Shown here: in pieces, positions 27,849 through 37,265 of the stretch
Position numbering within the stretch: position 1 is the stretch's first letter
How the letters are laid out: each line of letters opens with the position of its first letter
From: a bacterium
GTDB lineage: Bacteria; Patescibacteriota; Minisyncoccia; Minisyncoccales; DAOWIS01
DNA: 53,026 nt
Assembly: GCA_030640805.1 (NCBI GenBank)
Contig: DAOWIS010000015.1
Location: 1-53,026 of the forward strand
Direction of reading: 5' to 3'
Notes under the pieces: generated by a model
The model's input: the letters and a program-made list of their open reading frames with translations, nothing else
Databases searched by the model: none
Told to the model about the DNA's origin: nothing
Made by a program: the position numbers and the translations under genes

Positions 27849-27870
27849 ATTTTTAGTCGTAGAATAGACA

Positions 27871-28098
27871 CTATAAATATTTTAAAAATTCTTTCTTAGA
27901 AAGCCCTGCTTGTTTAAGAATACAAGAAAGAGTTGCCTGAGGAATGTCTCGCGAGTGAATTGGGATAGTTACTCGTAAATGAGAATTCGTCTGATGAAAT
28001 AGCCGAGCATGACTACCAACTTGATGATCTATATAAAAACCAGCTCTCTGAAGAGCTCGGATTACTTCTTTTGGTTTTAATATAGGCAATGAAGCCAC
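27871..28098 (-). CDS. hicA: HicA family toxin (mRNA interferase)
   Basis: L...GF...HQVGSH, VTIPIH..DI...TL..ILKQAG. Confidence 0.9.
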   Translation of the reverse strand: MASLPILKPKEVIRALQRAGFYIDHQVGSHARLFHQTNSHLRVTIPIHSRDIPQATLSCILKQAGLSKKEFLKYL

Positions 28099-28368
28099 TT
28101 ATTTTAAAGAAAAAGAAATAGCCACCTTTTCTTTTACTACCTTTTTTAAAGGTTGAAATTTTCGAGGGATTATTTCTCCACTTTTAAAAGCACTCTCCAA
28201 ATAGCAACGCAAAGCATCTTTGGCCATTTTACGAGCTTCTTTTAAGGTTTGGCCAAATGTACAAATTTCCGGAATAGCCGGAAAAACAACATTAAATCCT
28301 CCCTCCTTTAAGGGTTCATAAATGACAGTAAAAGGATGCTCGTTTGTTTTTAAAGATTTTTCTCTCAT
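28099..28368 (-). CDS. hicB: HicB family antitoxin
   Basis: EGGF.V.FPAIPEICTFGQTLKEA..MAKDAL; abuts hicA. Confidence 0.9.
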   Translation of the reverse strand: MREKSLKTNEHPFTVIYEPLKEGGFNVVFPAIPEICTFGQTLKEARKMAKDALRCYLESAFKSGEIIPRKFQPLKKVVKEKVAISFSLK

Positions 28369-28593
28369 ATATCTTTATCTTAGTCTATTTTAATTTTTTG
28401 TCAAATTTTTTCTCTTTTATATTATACCAGAACAAAAACAAACAAAAAAGGAAGCAAAACTGCTTCGCTGTTTTTATAAATTTTTAACTGAACATTTTCG
28501 ATGGACGATTGTCTCTCAAGAATGTTCATCTGCGAATATATAGAAAATTAACAAAGAACTAAAAAATTAACAAAGAACGGTTCTCTGATTTTT

Positions 28594-31344
28594 TTAATAT
28601 AATTTTTCGATTTTAATTCCGGGGTAATAAAGGGTTAAAATTTCTTCAAAGGTTTTTCCTAATTCTGCCATTTTACGGGCACCGGCTGAATCTACTCCTA
28701 CGCAATGATTGGCTCCTCCGCAACTTAAGTATTGATATTCAGTGCCAGCTGGATCATTTATGCCTCCTTTAAGATATTGATAATCACTGCCGCATAAATT
28801 GAAAACATCACAGCCGTTTTTAGTAGGTCCGGCTGCTCCGGAAGAATAAACGGCTCGAATAGGTTTGTTGTTAAAAGTGGCTACTAATCCCAAAGTTTCT
28901 TCTTGGGCTTTGACGATAGAAGGAGCGTATTTCTCTCGATTAAATCCTTTGTATAATTGATCGGTGGCAAGATTTTTAAGATGAAATATCTCTTCTGAGC
29001 CATATTTTCCTTCTTGATTTAGATGAAAAAAAGCATAACTTCTTTGAGCCACTGCCATAGATTTAAGATATTCCAAAGTATCTCCTTCCACTGATTCAGC
29101 TATTCCTTTTAGATAATCTTCCAGAGATAGTTCATTGATTAGCCAAACTTTTTTAGAAAACAATGAGTATTTAATTTCTATCTTTCCTCTAAATTTATTA
29201 TAATTATCTTTTTCTGGATTATATTCCGAACTGCCAAATTTCCAATTAGGATCAGAGTAAGAAATAATCTCAAAAATAGTATCCTTTTCATCGCCAACTA
29301 ATTTAGCAAAAAGAGAAGTGGAAGCAATGAAAGAAGAGATTTCTTCCTTATTTCTCTGAATACAGATATTTTTTAAGTCGCAGGTTTTATAAGAATTATT
29401 AGCAGTAATTTTTATTTCTTTTTCTATTACTGGAGAATAAATCCCAATTCTAATTTCTTGTTCCTTGCTTTCTGTTTCTTCTTTTTCTTCACTTGTCGCT
29501 GGTCGCTGGTTGCTGGTTGCTGAATACAAGGCTATCTCTTCTGCCGAGACCTCAATCACCTCATCCCATCTATAAGCTCTTTTTTCAAACTCTTTCATCG
29601 TTGGTATCCACTCTAAATTTCTATTTTTTATCACATAAATCTTATTATCTCCTTTTTGAGAAACCAAGGTTCCTTCTGGATATTTCATTGACTCGCCAAT
29701 TTCATATTCACTGAACTCCGGAACGGCTATTTCAATGATATTTTTCCATTGATAACCCAGTTTTTTAAATAGTTGCTCGGAACTAAAAGGTCTCAACTTC
29801 CCGTCTTTTAATAAATAGACAGTTTCCTCTTTCTCTTTCTTTAAAAGAGTTAATTCAGGATAACTTACTGGCTCTCCTTCGGGATAAAGATTAAGTTCTT
29901 CCTTAGTTGTTTCAATGACTTTCCTCCAACTGAATTTAAGCAAATCAAAGAGTTTTTCTGACAAAATTTTCTTTTTTCTTATAATTACTTTGGTCTGAAC
30001 GGCTACTGATCCTAAAAGATAAACTGAAGGATCGTCTTTGGCTTTGATTAAAGTTCCTTCAGGATAAGTAGCAATGGAACCTAAAAGATAATGTTTAAGT
30101 TCTTCTTCGTCTTTTACTTTTGACCATCTAAAACCCAAGACCTTAAACAACGATAGAGAAGTAATCCAGTGTTTTTTCCCTTGGTCAATTAAATAAACCT
30201 TACCGTCCAAATCTCTAAAGAGTTTTCCATCCGGTCCATATTTAATCTCTAAGCTATCGGGATAGAAATTTAATTCCTCTTTTTCTAAAGGGATAATTTC
30301 TTCCCAATTAAAACCAAGTTTTTCAAATTGAGAAGAACTAACATCAAGTAATCTTTTTTGACCATCTTCTATGTAAAAAACCGACAAATCCCCTTTTCCT
30401 TGAACCAAAGAACCCGAGGGATATTTTAAATATTTCTTGGAAAATAAATTCAGTTGTTCTTCAGAAATCTTAACCAGTTTTGCCACTGTTTTATTTTCTT
30501 TTTGGAGAGCTTGAAAATTTTTATATTCTTTTTTTATACCATTAGTCAAAAAATACACTTTATTTGAACCGGAAATCTGATAGCCATATTTTTTGTAAGA
30601 ATTGGCTAAAGTTTGAGACGAATTTCGAATCTGAGGCAAAAGTTTATAAAGATTTTTTCCCGGACACTTTGTGTTTCCTAAATCCTTGTGTCCCAAAATA
30701 ACTGGACCCTGAAAACTAGAACTAAAAGATTCGGTTTCGCTATTCCAAACTTTTGTAGTCTTGGAAAGTTGGCCAGGGTTGAAATTATTGATTGCTGCCA
30801 GCCAACCCATTAATTTTTCTAAAGAATTCTTTGCTGCCTGAGGAAATTCTCTTTCTTCGTAATTTCCCAAAATCCCAATTCCAATTGTCCCTAAATTATA
30901 GTTATTTTTTGTTTTTTTATCATAAACATGAGCTCCTCTTGCTCCATTTCCTCCATATCTACCCTGATAAATATTTCCTTTTTGGTCAATAATATAGTTA
31001 TAGCCAATATCTCCCCATCCTTTAGTTACTGCGTGGTATCGGAATATATTCTGGATTATGATCTTTGGAGAATATTTTACTAATCTTTCGGCAGGCGTAA
31101 CGCTATGATGAATAACTATTCTTTCTACTGGTTGATAGTCCGGCGGAATTTCTCCTTCTTCTGGAAACCATTTCATTAAATTAATTAAGTCCGGTCTATC
31201 TAACCATTCTGAACGAGGAATAATCTCAGGAATTTCAAGACTAATAGCTAATGTCTGAATCGGAAAAATAATCCCGATAATGGAGAAAATTAAAAGCCAG
31301 ATAGGCACTCGCTTCATTAGTATTTTAGAAGAAATTTCTGACAT
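28594..31344 (-). CDS. Secreted cell-wall hydrolase: Amidase_2 domain, repeat region and SpoIID/LytB-like C-terminus
   Basis: IVIHHS, GWGDIGYNY, GAH, GHKD...T.CPG; repeated YPEGTL..VYL units; LEDYLKGIAE, AVAQRSY, HCVG, ILTLYYPG. Confidence 0.85.
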   Translation of the reverse strand: MSEISSKILMKRVPIWLLIFSIIGIIFPIQTLAISLEIPEIIPRSEWLDRPDLINLMKWFPEEGEIPPDYQPVERIVIHHSVTPAERLVKYSPKIIIQNIFRYHAVTKGWGDIGYNYIIDQKGNIYQGRYGGNGARGAHVYDKKTKNNYNLGTIGIGILGNYEEREFPQAAKNSLEKLMGWLAAINNFNPGQLSKTTKVWNSETESFSSSFQGPVILGHKDLGNTKCPGKNLYKLLPQIRNSSQTLANSYKKYGYQISGSNKVYFLTNGIKKEYKNFQALQKENKTVAKLVKISEEQLNLFSKKYLKYPSGSLVQGKGDLSVFYIEDGQKRLLDVSSSQFEKLGFNWEEIIPLEKEELNFYPDSLEIKYGPDGKLFRDLDGKVYLIDQGKKHWITSLSLFKVLGFRWSKVKDEEELKHYLLGSIATYPEGTLIKAKDDPSVYLLGSVAVQTKVIIRKKKILSEKLFDLLKFSWRKVIETTKEELNLYPEGEPVSYPELTLLKKEKEETVYLLKDGKLRPFSSEQLFKKLGYQWKNIIEIAVPEFSEYEIGESMKYPEGTLVSQKGDNKIYVIKNRNLEWIPTMKEFEKRAYRWDEVIEVSAEEIALYSATSNQRPATSEEKEETESKEQEIRIGIYSPVIEKEIKITANNSYKTCDLKNICIQRNKEEISSFIASTSLFAKLVGDEKDTIFEIISYSDPNWKFGSSEYNPEKDNYNKFRGKIEIKYSLFSKKVWLINELSLEDYLKGIAESVEGDTLEYLKSMAVAQRSYAFFHLNQEGKYGSEEIFHLKNLATDQLYKGFNREKYAPSIVKAQEETLGLVATFNNKPIRAVYSSGAAGPTKNGCDVFNLCGSDYQYLKGGINDPAGTEYQYLSCGGANHCVGVDSAGARKMAELGKTFEEILTLYYPGIKIEKLY

Positions 31345-31442
31345 TAATTATTTTATACCATAAAAAGGCAACCCTCGCAATTAAGGATTGCCTTAATCTC
31401 GTAATTAATTAACTTAATCTCTTAATCACTTAATCTTTCTTA

Positions 31443-31622
31443 TTACATCGGTGGAGTTCCTCCAGAAGAAGTAGGACCAGGTTCTTCCGGACCTTTTTCA
31501 GACTTTTCTTCTGGTTCCTTTGTCTCAAAAGTTTTTTCTTCTTTTCCTCCCTTACCAGCAACGAGAAAATAAACAATTAAAATGACTACGACAATTATAA
31601 TTAACCAAATCCACCAGAGCAT
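31443..31622 (-). CDS. Small single-pass membrane protein (59 aa, not in ORF track)
   Basis: MLWWIWLIIIVVVILIVYFLVAGKGGKEEK...GGTPPM*; hairpin at 31366-31394 downstream. Confidence 0.7.
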   Translation of the reverse strand: MLWWIWLIIIVVVILIVYFLVAGKGGKEEKTFETKEPEEKSEKGPEEPGPTSSGGTPPM

Positions 31623-31863
31623 GATATTTTAAATTTCTAAATCCTAATGTCTAACAAAATGACAAATGTCTAATGCCTAATGTCAAATCAATGACCAATG
31701 ACTAAATGATTAAATTATTATTATTTTAACATTTAACATTTAATCATTCATTTGACATTTGGATTTTGTCATTTAGATTTTTATTAGGAATTAGGATTTC
31801 GGATTTAGGATTTTTAAGACGACCTTTAAGTAGGTTTTCTTAATTATAACACAAACAAGGGTG

Positions 31864-33324
31864 TCAACCAACTAAAAGACTCTCTAGGGTATAAATATCC
31901 CCTGCTCCCATTATAATTATTACCAATTCTTTTCCTAAATGGTTTTTTATATAACTTGCTGTTTTCTTAATAGTAGGAATATATATTACTTGTCGCTTTT
32001 CGCTTTTATCTTGTCGCTTTTTTACTGCTTCTACTAATTTTTTTGAAGAAACTTTTTTTCTTATTGTTTTCTCTTCTCTTCCGGTCACATCATAAATATC
32101 AGTAATTATCAATTTATTAATAAAGGGCTTGCCTTGATCTTGTCGAAGAGATTCGGAAAAAACTTTCAGAAAATTTTTAAACAGATAATAAGTTCTTTGA
32201 TATTGATGGGGTTGATAAACACACCAAATTTCTTTTCTGGGAAATTTCTCCCGAGCGGCTTTCAAAGTGGCTTTAACCTCTGTGGGATGATGAGCGTAGT
32301 CCTGAATAATGACCAATAACCAATGATCAATAACCAATTTCTTAATTTCGAAACGACGCCAGGTGCCTCTATATTGAGAAAGTGCTTTAAAAGATATATT
32401 ATCAGGAATTTTTAAGAGACGAGCTGCGCTTAATGCTGCCAAGGTATTGTAAATATTGTATTCCCCCGGAACTTTTAAAATTTTTTTAAGCTTTTTAGTC
32501 TCTTTTTGTTTTAATGAATATAGAGAGGTCGAACCTCCAAAAGAGGTTCGACCTCCTAAAATTGTTTTAATATTTTTATCGTCTCCATTCGCTACCAATA
32601 TTCCATTTTTAGGTAAATGAGAAATAAACTTCTTAAATGCTCTTAAAATATTATTTAAATTTTTATAATAATCAAGGTGGTCTTTTTCAATATTAGTTAG
32701 AATAATAATTTTGGGCCAATAATTTAAAAAGGAAGTAAAATGCTCATCGGCTTCAATGATTAAATATTTTCTTGCCCCATGGGAAGTCCCGACTCTGTCG
32801 AGGATCCTCGATTCCATCGGGACCGAAGGCTTTTCTTCGGGGGATTTTCCCATTCGAAAATTTGAATCCCCGAACTCTTTTAATTTGGTTCCTAAAATTA
32901 CAGTTGGGTCTAATCCAGCTTTTATTAAAATCAGGGCAACCATTGCCGCGGTAGTACTTTTTCCGTGAGTGCCGGATATGGCTATGGTAAAATACTTTTT
33001 AGTCAATTCTCCTAATGCCTCTGGATAACTTTTTATTTGGATATTGGATATTGGATATTGGATATTGGATTTCAATTTGTATGCTCTTTTTAATTCGGGG
33101 TTATCTGATTTTACAGCGGGACTGTAGATAACCAAATCAACATTTTTGGGTAAATTTTTGACCTTATGTTTACCAATAAACATTTTTGCCCCTAATTTTT
33201 CCAGATTTTTAATAATTTCTGAATCAACTAAATCCGAACCAGTTATTTGGCAACCTTTCTCTAAATAATATTTAGCTAAGGCACTAACTCCAATTCCGCC
33301 AATGCCAATAAAATGAATTTTCAT
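31864..33324 (-). CDS. murC: UDP-MurNAc--L-alanine ligase
   Basis: IHFIGIGGIGVS, GTHGKSTT, EADE, DHLDYY, DYAHHPTE, QPH, MGAGDI. Confidence 0.95.
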   Translation of the reverse strand: MKIHFIGIGGIGVSALAKYYLEKGCQITGSDLVDSEIIKNLEKLGAKMFIGKHKVKNLPKNVDLVIYSPAVKSDNPELKRAYKLKSNIQYPISNIQIKSYPEALGELTKKYFTIAISGTHGKSTTAAMVALILIKAGLDPTVILGTKLKEFGDSNFRMGKSPEEKPSVPMESRILDRVGTSHGARKYLIIEADEHFTSFLNYWPKIIILTNIEKDHLDYYKNLNNILRAFKKFISHLPKNGILVANGDDKNIKTILGGRTSFGGSTSLYSLKQKETKKLKKILKVPGEYNIYNTLAALSAARLLKIPDNISFKALSQYRGTWRRFEIKKLVIDHWLLVIIQDYAHHPTEVKATLKAAREKFPRKEIWCVYQPHQYQRTYYLFKNFLKVFSESLRQDQGKPFINKLIITDIYDVTGREEKTIRKKVSSKKLVEAVKKRQDKSEKRQVIYIPTIKKTASYIKNHLGKELVIIIMGAGDIYTLESLLVG

Positions 33325-33357
33325 ATTGCTATAAAATGCTTAAAACTATAAATGTCT

Positions 33358-33383
33358 CTTGTATACGCATATACGTGTACAAG
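33358..33383. repeat. CCTTGTACACGCATAT family palindrome, copy 2
   Basis: CTTGTATACGCATATACGTGTACAAG. Confidence 0.8.
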
Positions 33384-33401
33384 GAACCATCTGCAAATTA
33401 T

Positions 33402-33962
33402 TTATTTTCCTAATTTTAGGATTTCTAAAACAAAATACTCTGGTCCGGTGGGTCTTAATTTACTTTCCATTATTTCAATAGAATTTACGGGAAAAGCCAG
33501 AGAAATTTTCTGGTCAATTGGTTCTAAGGGCAGTCTTCCTCTTTCTCTTTGTTTTATTCTGCCTAAGGTAATATGAATGTTAAATTCTCTATTATCTTTT
33601 TGGTGATAACCGCTGTTCTTGGAGGCAAAAAGAGCATCTTCTAAATCATTTTTCAATTTTATTAAATCAGTATTTCTTTCTCCCCCTACCCAGACCATTC
33701 GCGGAGTTCTGTTAGATGGTCCTAAATAAACTCTGTTTAGATTTATTAAAAATGGCTTGTATCTTAGAACCACTTCTTTAGTGATCTTAGAAATTTTTAA
33801 TATCTGCTCATCAAAAACATAACCAATAAAAATCAAAGTAATATGTAAATTTAATTCTTCGGTCCACCTCATTGGATAATTAACCAATTTTTTCTGAATA
33901 TTTAAAAGTTCTTTTTTAATTTCTTCTGGCAAATTTATAGCTATAAAAACCCGATGTTTCAT
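33402..33962 (-). CDS. thpR: RNA 2',3'-cyclic phosphodiesterase (2H family)
   Basis: RVFIAI, two HITL motifs, S.L.PTGP.Y. Confidence 0.92.
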   Translation of the reverse strand: MKHRVFIAINLPEEIKKELLNIQKKLVNYPMRWTEELNLHITLIFIGYVFDEQILKISKITKEVVLRYKPFLINLNRVYLGPSNRTPRMVWVGGERNTDLIKLKNDLEDALFASKNSGYHQKDNREFNIHITLGRIKQRERGRLPLEPIDQKISLAFPVNSIEIMESKLRPTGPEYFVLEILKLGK

Positions 33963-34076
33963 AATTCAAGATTAAATATCTATACCTTAGCGAATCAAGG
34001 TTCTGCTAGCGAAGCGAGCAGGTTCTTATTATTTATTAATTGAATTTTAGCATAAATCCTGATATAGTTAAAGAAA

Positions 34077-35093
34077 ATGAAAGAAGCTTATTTATATAAA
34101 AAACTATCTGATAATGAGGTTCAGTGTCAGAATTGCGCTCATTATTGTATTGTTGAAGCAGGTAAAAGAGGAATTTGTCAGGTTAGAGAGAATCAAAACG
34201 GAGTACTCTATTCTTTAAATTATGGAAAAGTGATTGCTCTAAATATTGACCCTATTGAGAAAAAGCCATTTTTTCATTTTTTACCAGGGAGTAAATCACT
34301 ATCAATAGCTACTGTCGGCTGTAATTTCGCCTGTTTTTCCTGCCAAAACTATCAGATATCTCAAGGACCAAAAATAGTCAGAGGTAAAATCTGGGGAGAA
34401 GATTTATCGCCTGAAGATTTAGTAAAAGAAGCCAAGAAAAATAATTGTCCTTCTGTTTCCTATACTTACACAGAGCCAACGATCTTTCTTGAATACGCTC
34501 TGGATACAATGAAATTAGCCAAAAAAGAAGGCCTAAAAAATAACTGGATTACTAATGGTTTTATGTCCAGAGAGGCCTTAGAATTAGTCGCCCCTTATCT
34601 TGATGCTGCCAACATTGATTTAAAAAGTTTTGATGATAAATTTTATCAAAAATACTGCGATGGAAAACTTCAGCCAGTCCTGAATACTTTGGAAAGAATG
34701 AAAAAGAAAAATATCTGGTTAGAAGTTACCACTTTGGTTATTCCTACTCTAAATGACTCAGAAGAAATTTTCAGAAAAATCGCTAAGTTTATTAAAGAAA
34801 AATTAGGACCGGAAACTCCTTGGCATATCACTCAATTTTCTGGTGCTATTTCTTGGAAACTTCAGAATATTCCTGATACTTCAGCTGAAACTTTAAAAAT
34901 TGCTTATCAAATTGGCAAAAAAATTGGTCTAAAATATGTTTATACCGGCAATATCCCCGGCCTTGAAAATGAAAATACTTATTGCCCAAAATGCCAAGCC
35001 AAAATGCTAAGCCGAACCGGTTATTTTATTGAAAGGCAGGATAAAAACGGCAAATGCTCAGAATGCGGCGAAAACTTGAATATTATTGAATAA
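34077..35093 (+). CDS. amrS: AmmeMemoRadiSam system radical SAM enzyme
   Basis: DPIEKKP..HF.PG, GCNFACFSCQN, YTYTEP, YVYTGN, terminal CxxC pairs. Confidence 0.93.
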   Translation: MKEAYLYKKLSDNEVQCQNCAHYCIVEAGKRGICQVRENQNGVLYSLNYGKVIALNIDPIEKKPFFHFLPGSKSLSIATVGCNFACFSCQNYQISQGPKIVRGKIWGEDLSPEDLVKEAKKNNCPSVSYTYTEPTIFLEYALDTMKLAKKEGLKNNWITNGFMSREALELVAPYLDAANIDLKSFDDKFYQKYCDGKLQPVLNTLERMKKKNIWLEVTTLVIPTLNDSEEIFRKIAKFIKEKLGPETPWHITQFSGAISWKLQNIPDTSAETLKIAYQIGKKIGLKYVYTGNIPGLENENTYCPKCQAKMLSRTGYFIERQDKNGKCSECGENLNIIE

Positions 35094-35165
35094 TGAATTA
35101 TGAAGTATGAATTATGAATAATTTAATTTTCATTCATGATTCGTAATTCACTATTCATAATTCGT

Positions 35166-35822
35166 ATGCTTAAGTTTGCTTGTTTTTCACCTCATCCTCC
35201 TCTTTTACTTCCCGATGTGGGTTCAAAAGAAGATAGAGAAAAAGTAGAAAAAACCATAGAGAGTTTGGAATTTTTAGGTAAAAAATTTAAAGAAGCAGAC
35301 CCAGATTCAATAATAATTTCTTCTCCTCATCTTGACTGGGGATTTAATGTACCCCTCTATTTTTTGGCCAAAGATTTTAAAGGAGAAATTAAAAATTACC
35401 TTATTGGCGCTGAATCACCAAAATTTTATTTTGAAGAAGGTAAAAAACTGTATTCCGAAATTGACGGAGGTCAGACCTCCGTCAAATCTGTTAAAAAGGT
35501 GGCACTTATTGCCTCTGGCGATCTTTCCCATTGTTTAAAAGAAGATGGACCTTATGGTTTTCATCCCGATGGACCGAAATTTGATAATGCCTTAATAGAA
35601 TTTTTAAAGAAAAAAGACATAGAAAATTTTCTGAAATTAGACGATATATTTCCTGGAGCCGGAGAATGCGGCTTACGTTCTTTTTCTTTTCTTTTAGGAA
35701 TACTAGAGGAATCAAGCTATTCGACGGGCTCAATCTGGCAACCCGAAATTTTGTCATATGAATATCCCTTTGGCGTTGGCTACCTGGTAGTAAATTTTAA
35801 ACTAGTAGTAGATTTAATTTAA
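35166..35822 (+). CDS. amrB: AmmeMemoRadiSam protein B / LigB-Memo-like
   Basis: PHPP, SSPH, ASGDLSH, AGECG, YEYPFGVGY; ATG at 35166 preferred. Confidence 0.8.
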   Translation: MLKFACFSPHPPLLLPDVGSKEDREKVEKTIESLEFLGKKFKEADPDSIIISSPHLDWGFNVPLYFLAKDFKGEIKNYLIGAESPKFYFEEGKKLYSEIDGGQTSVKSVKKVALIASGDLSHCLKEDGPYGFHPDGPKFDNALIEFLKKKDIENFLKLDDIFPGAGECGLRSFSFLLGILEESSYSTGSIWQPEILSYEYPFGVGYLVVNFKLVVDLI

Positions 35823-35843
35823 ATTAAATTAAATAGATTATTC

Positions 35844-35871
35844 CCTTGTACACGCATATGCGTGTACAAGG
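35844..35871. repeat. CCTTGTACACGCATAT family palindrome, copy 3 (perfect 28 bp)
   Basis: CCTTGTACACGCATATGCGTGTACAAGG. Confidence 0.88.
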
Positions 35872-35955
35872 AACAGTAAAGAAAAAATTATTAGATTATA
35901 TTAAAATAAATTTATTATGATACAATAAATCTAATAATAGTTTTAATCTACAATA

Positions 35956-36570
35956 ATGAATCAATTTGTATTACTTGCCAAATCGGCAGTAGAAACTTAT
36001 ATCAAGGAAAGTGAAATAATTTCGGCTCCCGAGGATCTGCCTAAAGAGTTTCTACGAAAAGCAGGCACCTTTGTGTCGATCTTTCAATCTCCACACGAAA
36101 CCGACACGAAAAAAGAATTGCGGGGCCTGCCCCGTAGTCAAGCAAAGCTTGTACTACGGGGTTGTATCGGTACTTATCTTCCTACTAAAGAAAATATTGC
36201 CAAAGAAATTATTGATAATGCCATTGCTGCTGCTGCCGAGGACTATCGATTTGGACCAATTCAGGAAAAAGAACTCCCTTCTCTTTCTTATACGGTCTAT
36301 ATTTTAAATCAACCAGAGTCAGTCAAGAATGTTTCAGAATTAAACCCCAAAAAATACGGAATAATTATCAAAACTGCTCCAATTATTTCTTCCAATACCG
36401 ATGTTGTTTTTAATGGTCATCTACCCCATAAGTCCGGTCTTCTCTTGCCGGGTTTAGAAGGAGTAGATACTGCCCAGAAACAAATCTCCATTACCTGCCA
36501 AAAAGCCGGCATCGACCCCACCAAAGAGCAAATATTAATTTATCGTTTTACTGTTGAAAAATACAAATAA
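35956..36570 (+). CDS. amrA: AmmeMemoRadiSam protein A (AMMECR1 domain)
   Basis: GTFVS, LRGCIG, AA.EDYRF, GLLLP, KAGI. Confidence 0.9.
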   Translation: MNQFVLLAKSAVETYIKESEIISAPEDLPKEFLRKAGTFVSIFQSPHETDTKKELRGLPRSQAKLVLRGCIGTYLPTKENIAKEIIDNAIAAAAEDYRFGPIQEKELPSLSYTVYILNQPESVKNVSELNPKKYGIIIKTAPIISSNTDVVFNGHLPHKSGLLLPGLEGVDTAQKQISITCQKAGIDPTKEQILIYRFTVEKYK

Positions 36571-36596
36571 TCTTAAAATCTGAAACTTATTTTAAA

Positions 36597-37265
36597 ATGG
36601 TTAATGAAAAAATCGCCCAAATACTAAATAAAATAGCTGATCTTTTGGAGATAAAAGGAACAGCTTTTAAGCCCAAAGCTTATCGTAAAGCGGCTTTGGT
36701 ATTAGAAAAATTAGACAGAGATGTTTTTCTAATTTACAAAAAAGAGGACATCAAAGGAATTGAAAAACTTCCCGGCGTAGGCAAAAGCATTGCCAAAAAG
36801 ATTGAAGAATATTTAAAGAAAAGAAAAATTAAATATTATGAAGAATTAAAAAAAGAAACAGCTGTTCGCCAGATTATCACTCATTATTTTGAAACCAAAG
36901 GTTTGTCTTTGATTGAACTTAAGAGAAATGCTAAAAAAAGAAAAATAGTCTATTCTCGATTTACAAAGCCAGCCAAGCAACTTTTAGAATTAGCCGGTTC
37001 TATCGAAAAAGCAAAAAAAGCAATTGATAAAGTATCAGAATGGGCAAGGTCGCGAAATTTAGATTATGCCATTGAAACGGTTTTTAAAAAATGGCTGGAA
37101 TTAGATAGGCTAAAGCCAAAAGAAATTGTCAAAAAACCCTATTTTCAAGAAAATCCTATGGTCTGGTCAAAAACCAAAAAAAAGTGGTATGTTATCAGTC
37201 CGGAAGGTGAATGGTTGGAATTTGCTGGCAAAGAAGAAGAAATTGAATGGCGCATAATAAAATGA
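36597..37265 (+). CDS. Protein with PolX-type N-terminal helix-hairpin-helix domain and unrelated C-terminus
   Basis: N..IA..L..IADLLEIKG..FK..AYRKAA..LPGVGKSIA.KIEE; no polymerase or PHP motifs seen. Confidence 0.75.
   Translation: MVNEKIAQILNKIADLLEIKGTAFKPKAYRKAALVLEKLDRDVFLIYKKEDIKGIEKLPGVGKSIAKKIEEYLKKRKIKYYEELKKETAVRQIITHYFETKGLSLIELKRNAKKRKIVYSRFTKPAKQLLELAGSIEKAKKAIDKVSEWARSRNLDYAIETVFKKWLELDRLKPKEIVKKPYFQENPMVWSKTKKKWYVISPEGEWLEFAGKEEEIEWRIIK

Noticed and set aside
28544..28578. 16-bp tandem duplication AAAATTAACAAAGAAC
   Set aside because: Only two low-complexity copies; no function inferable
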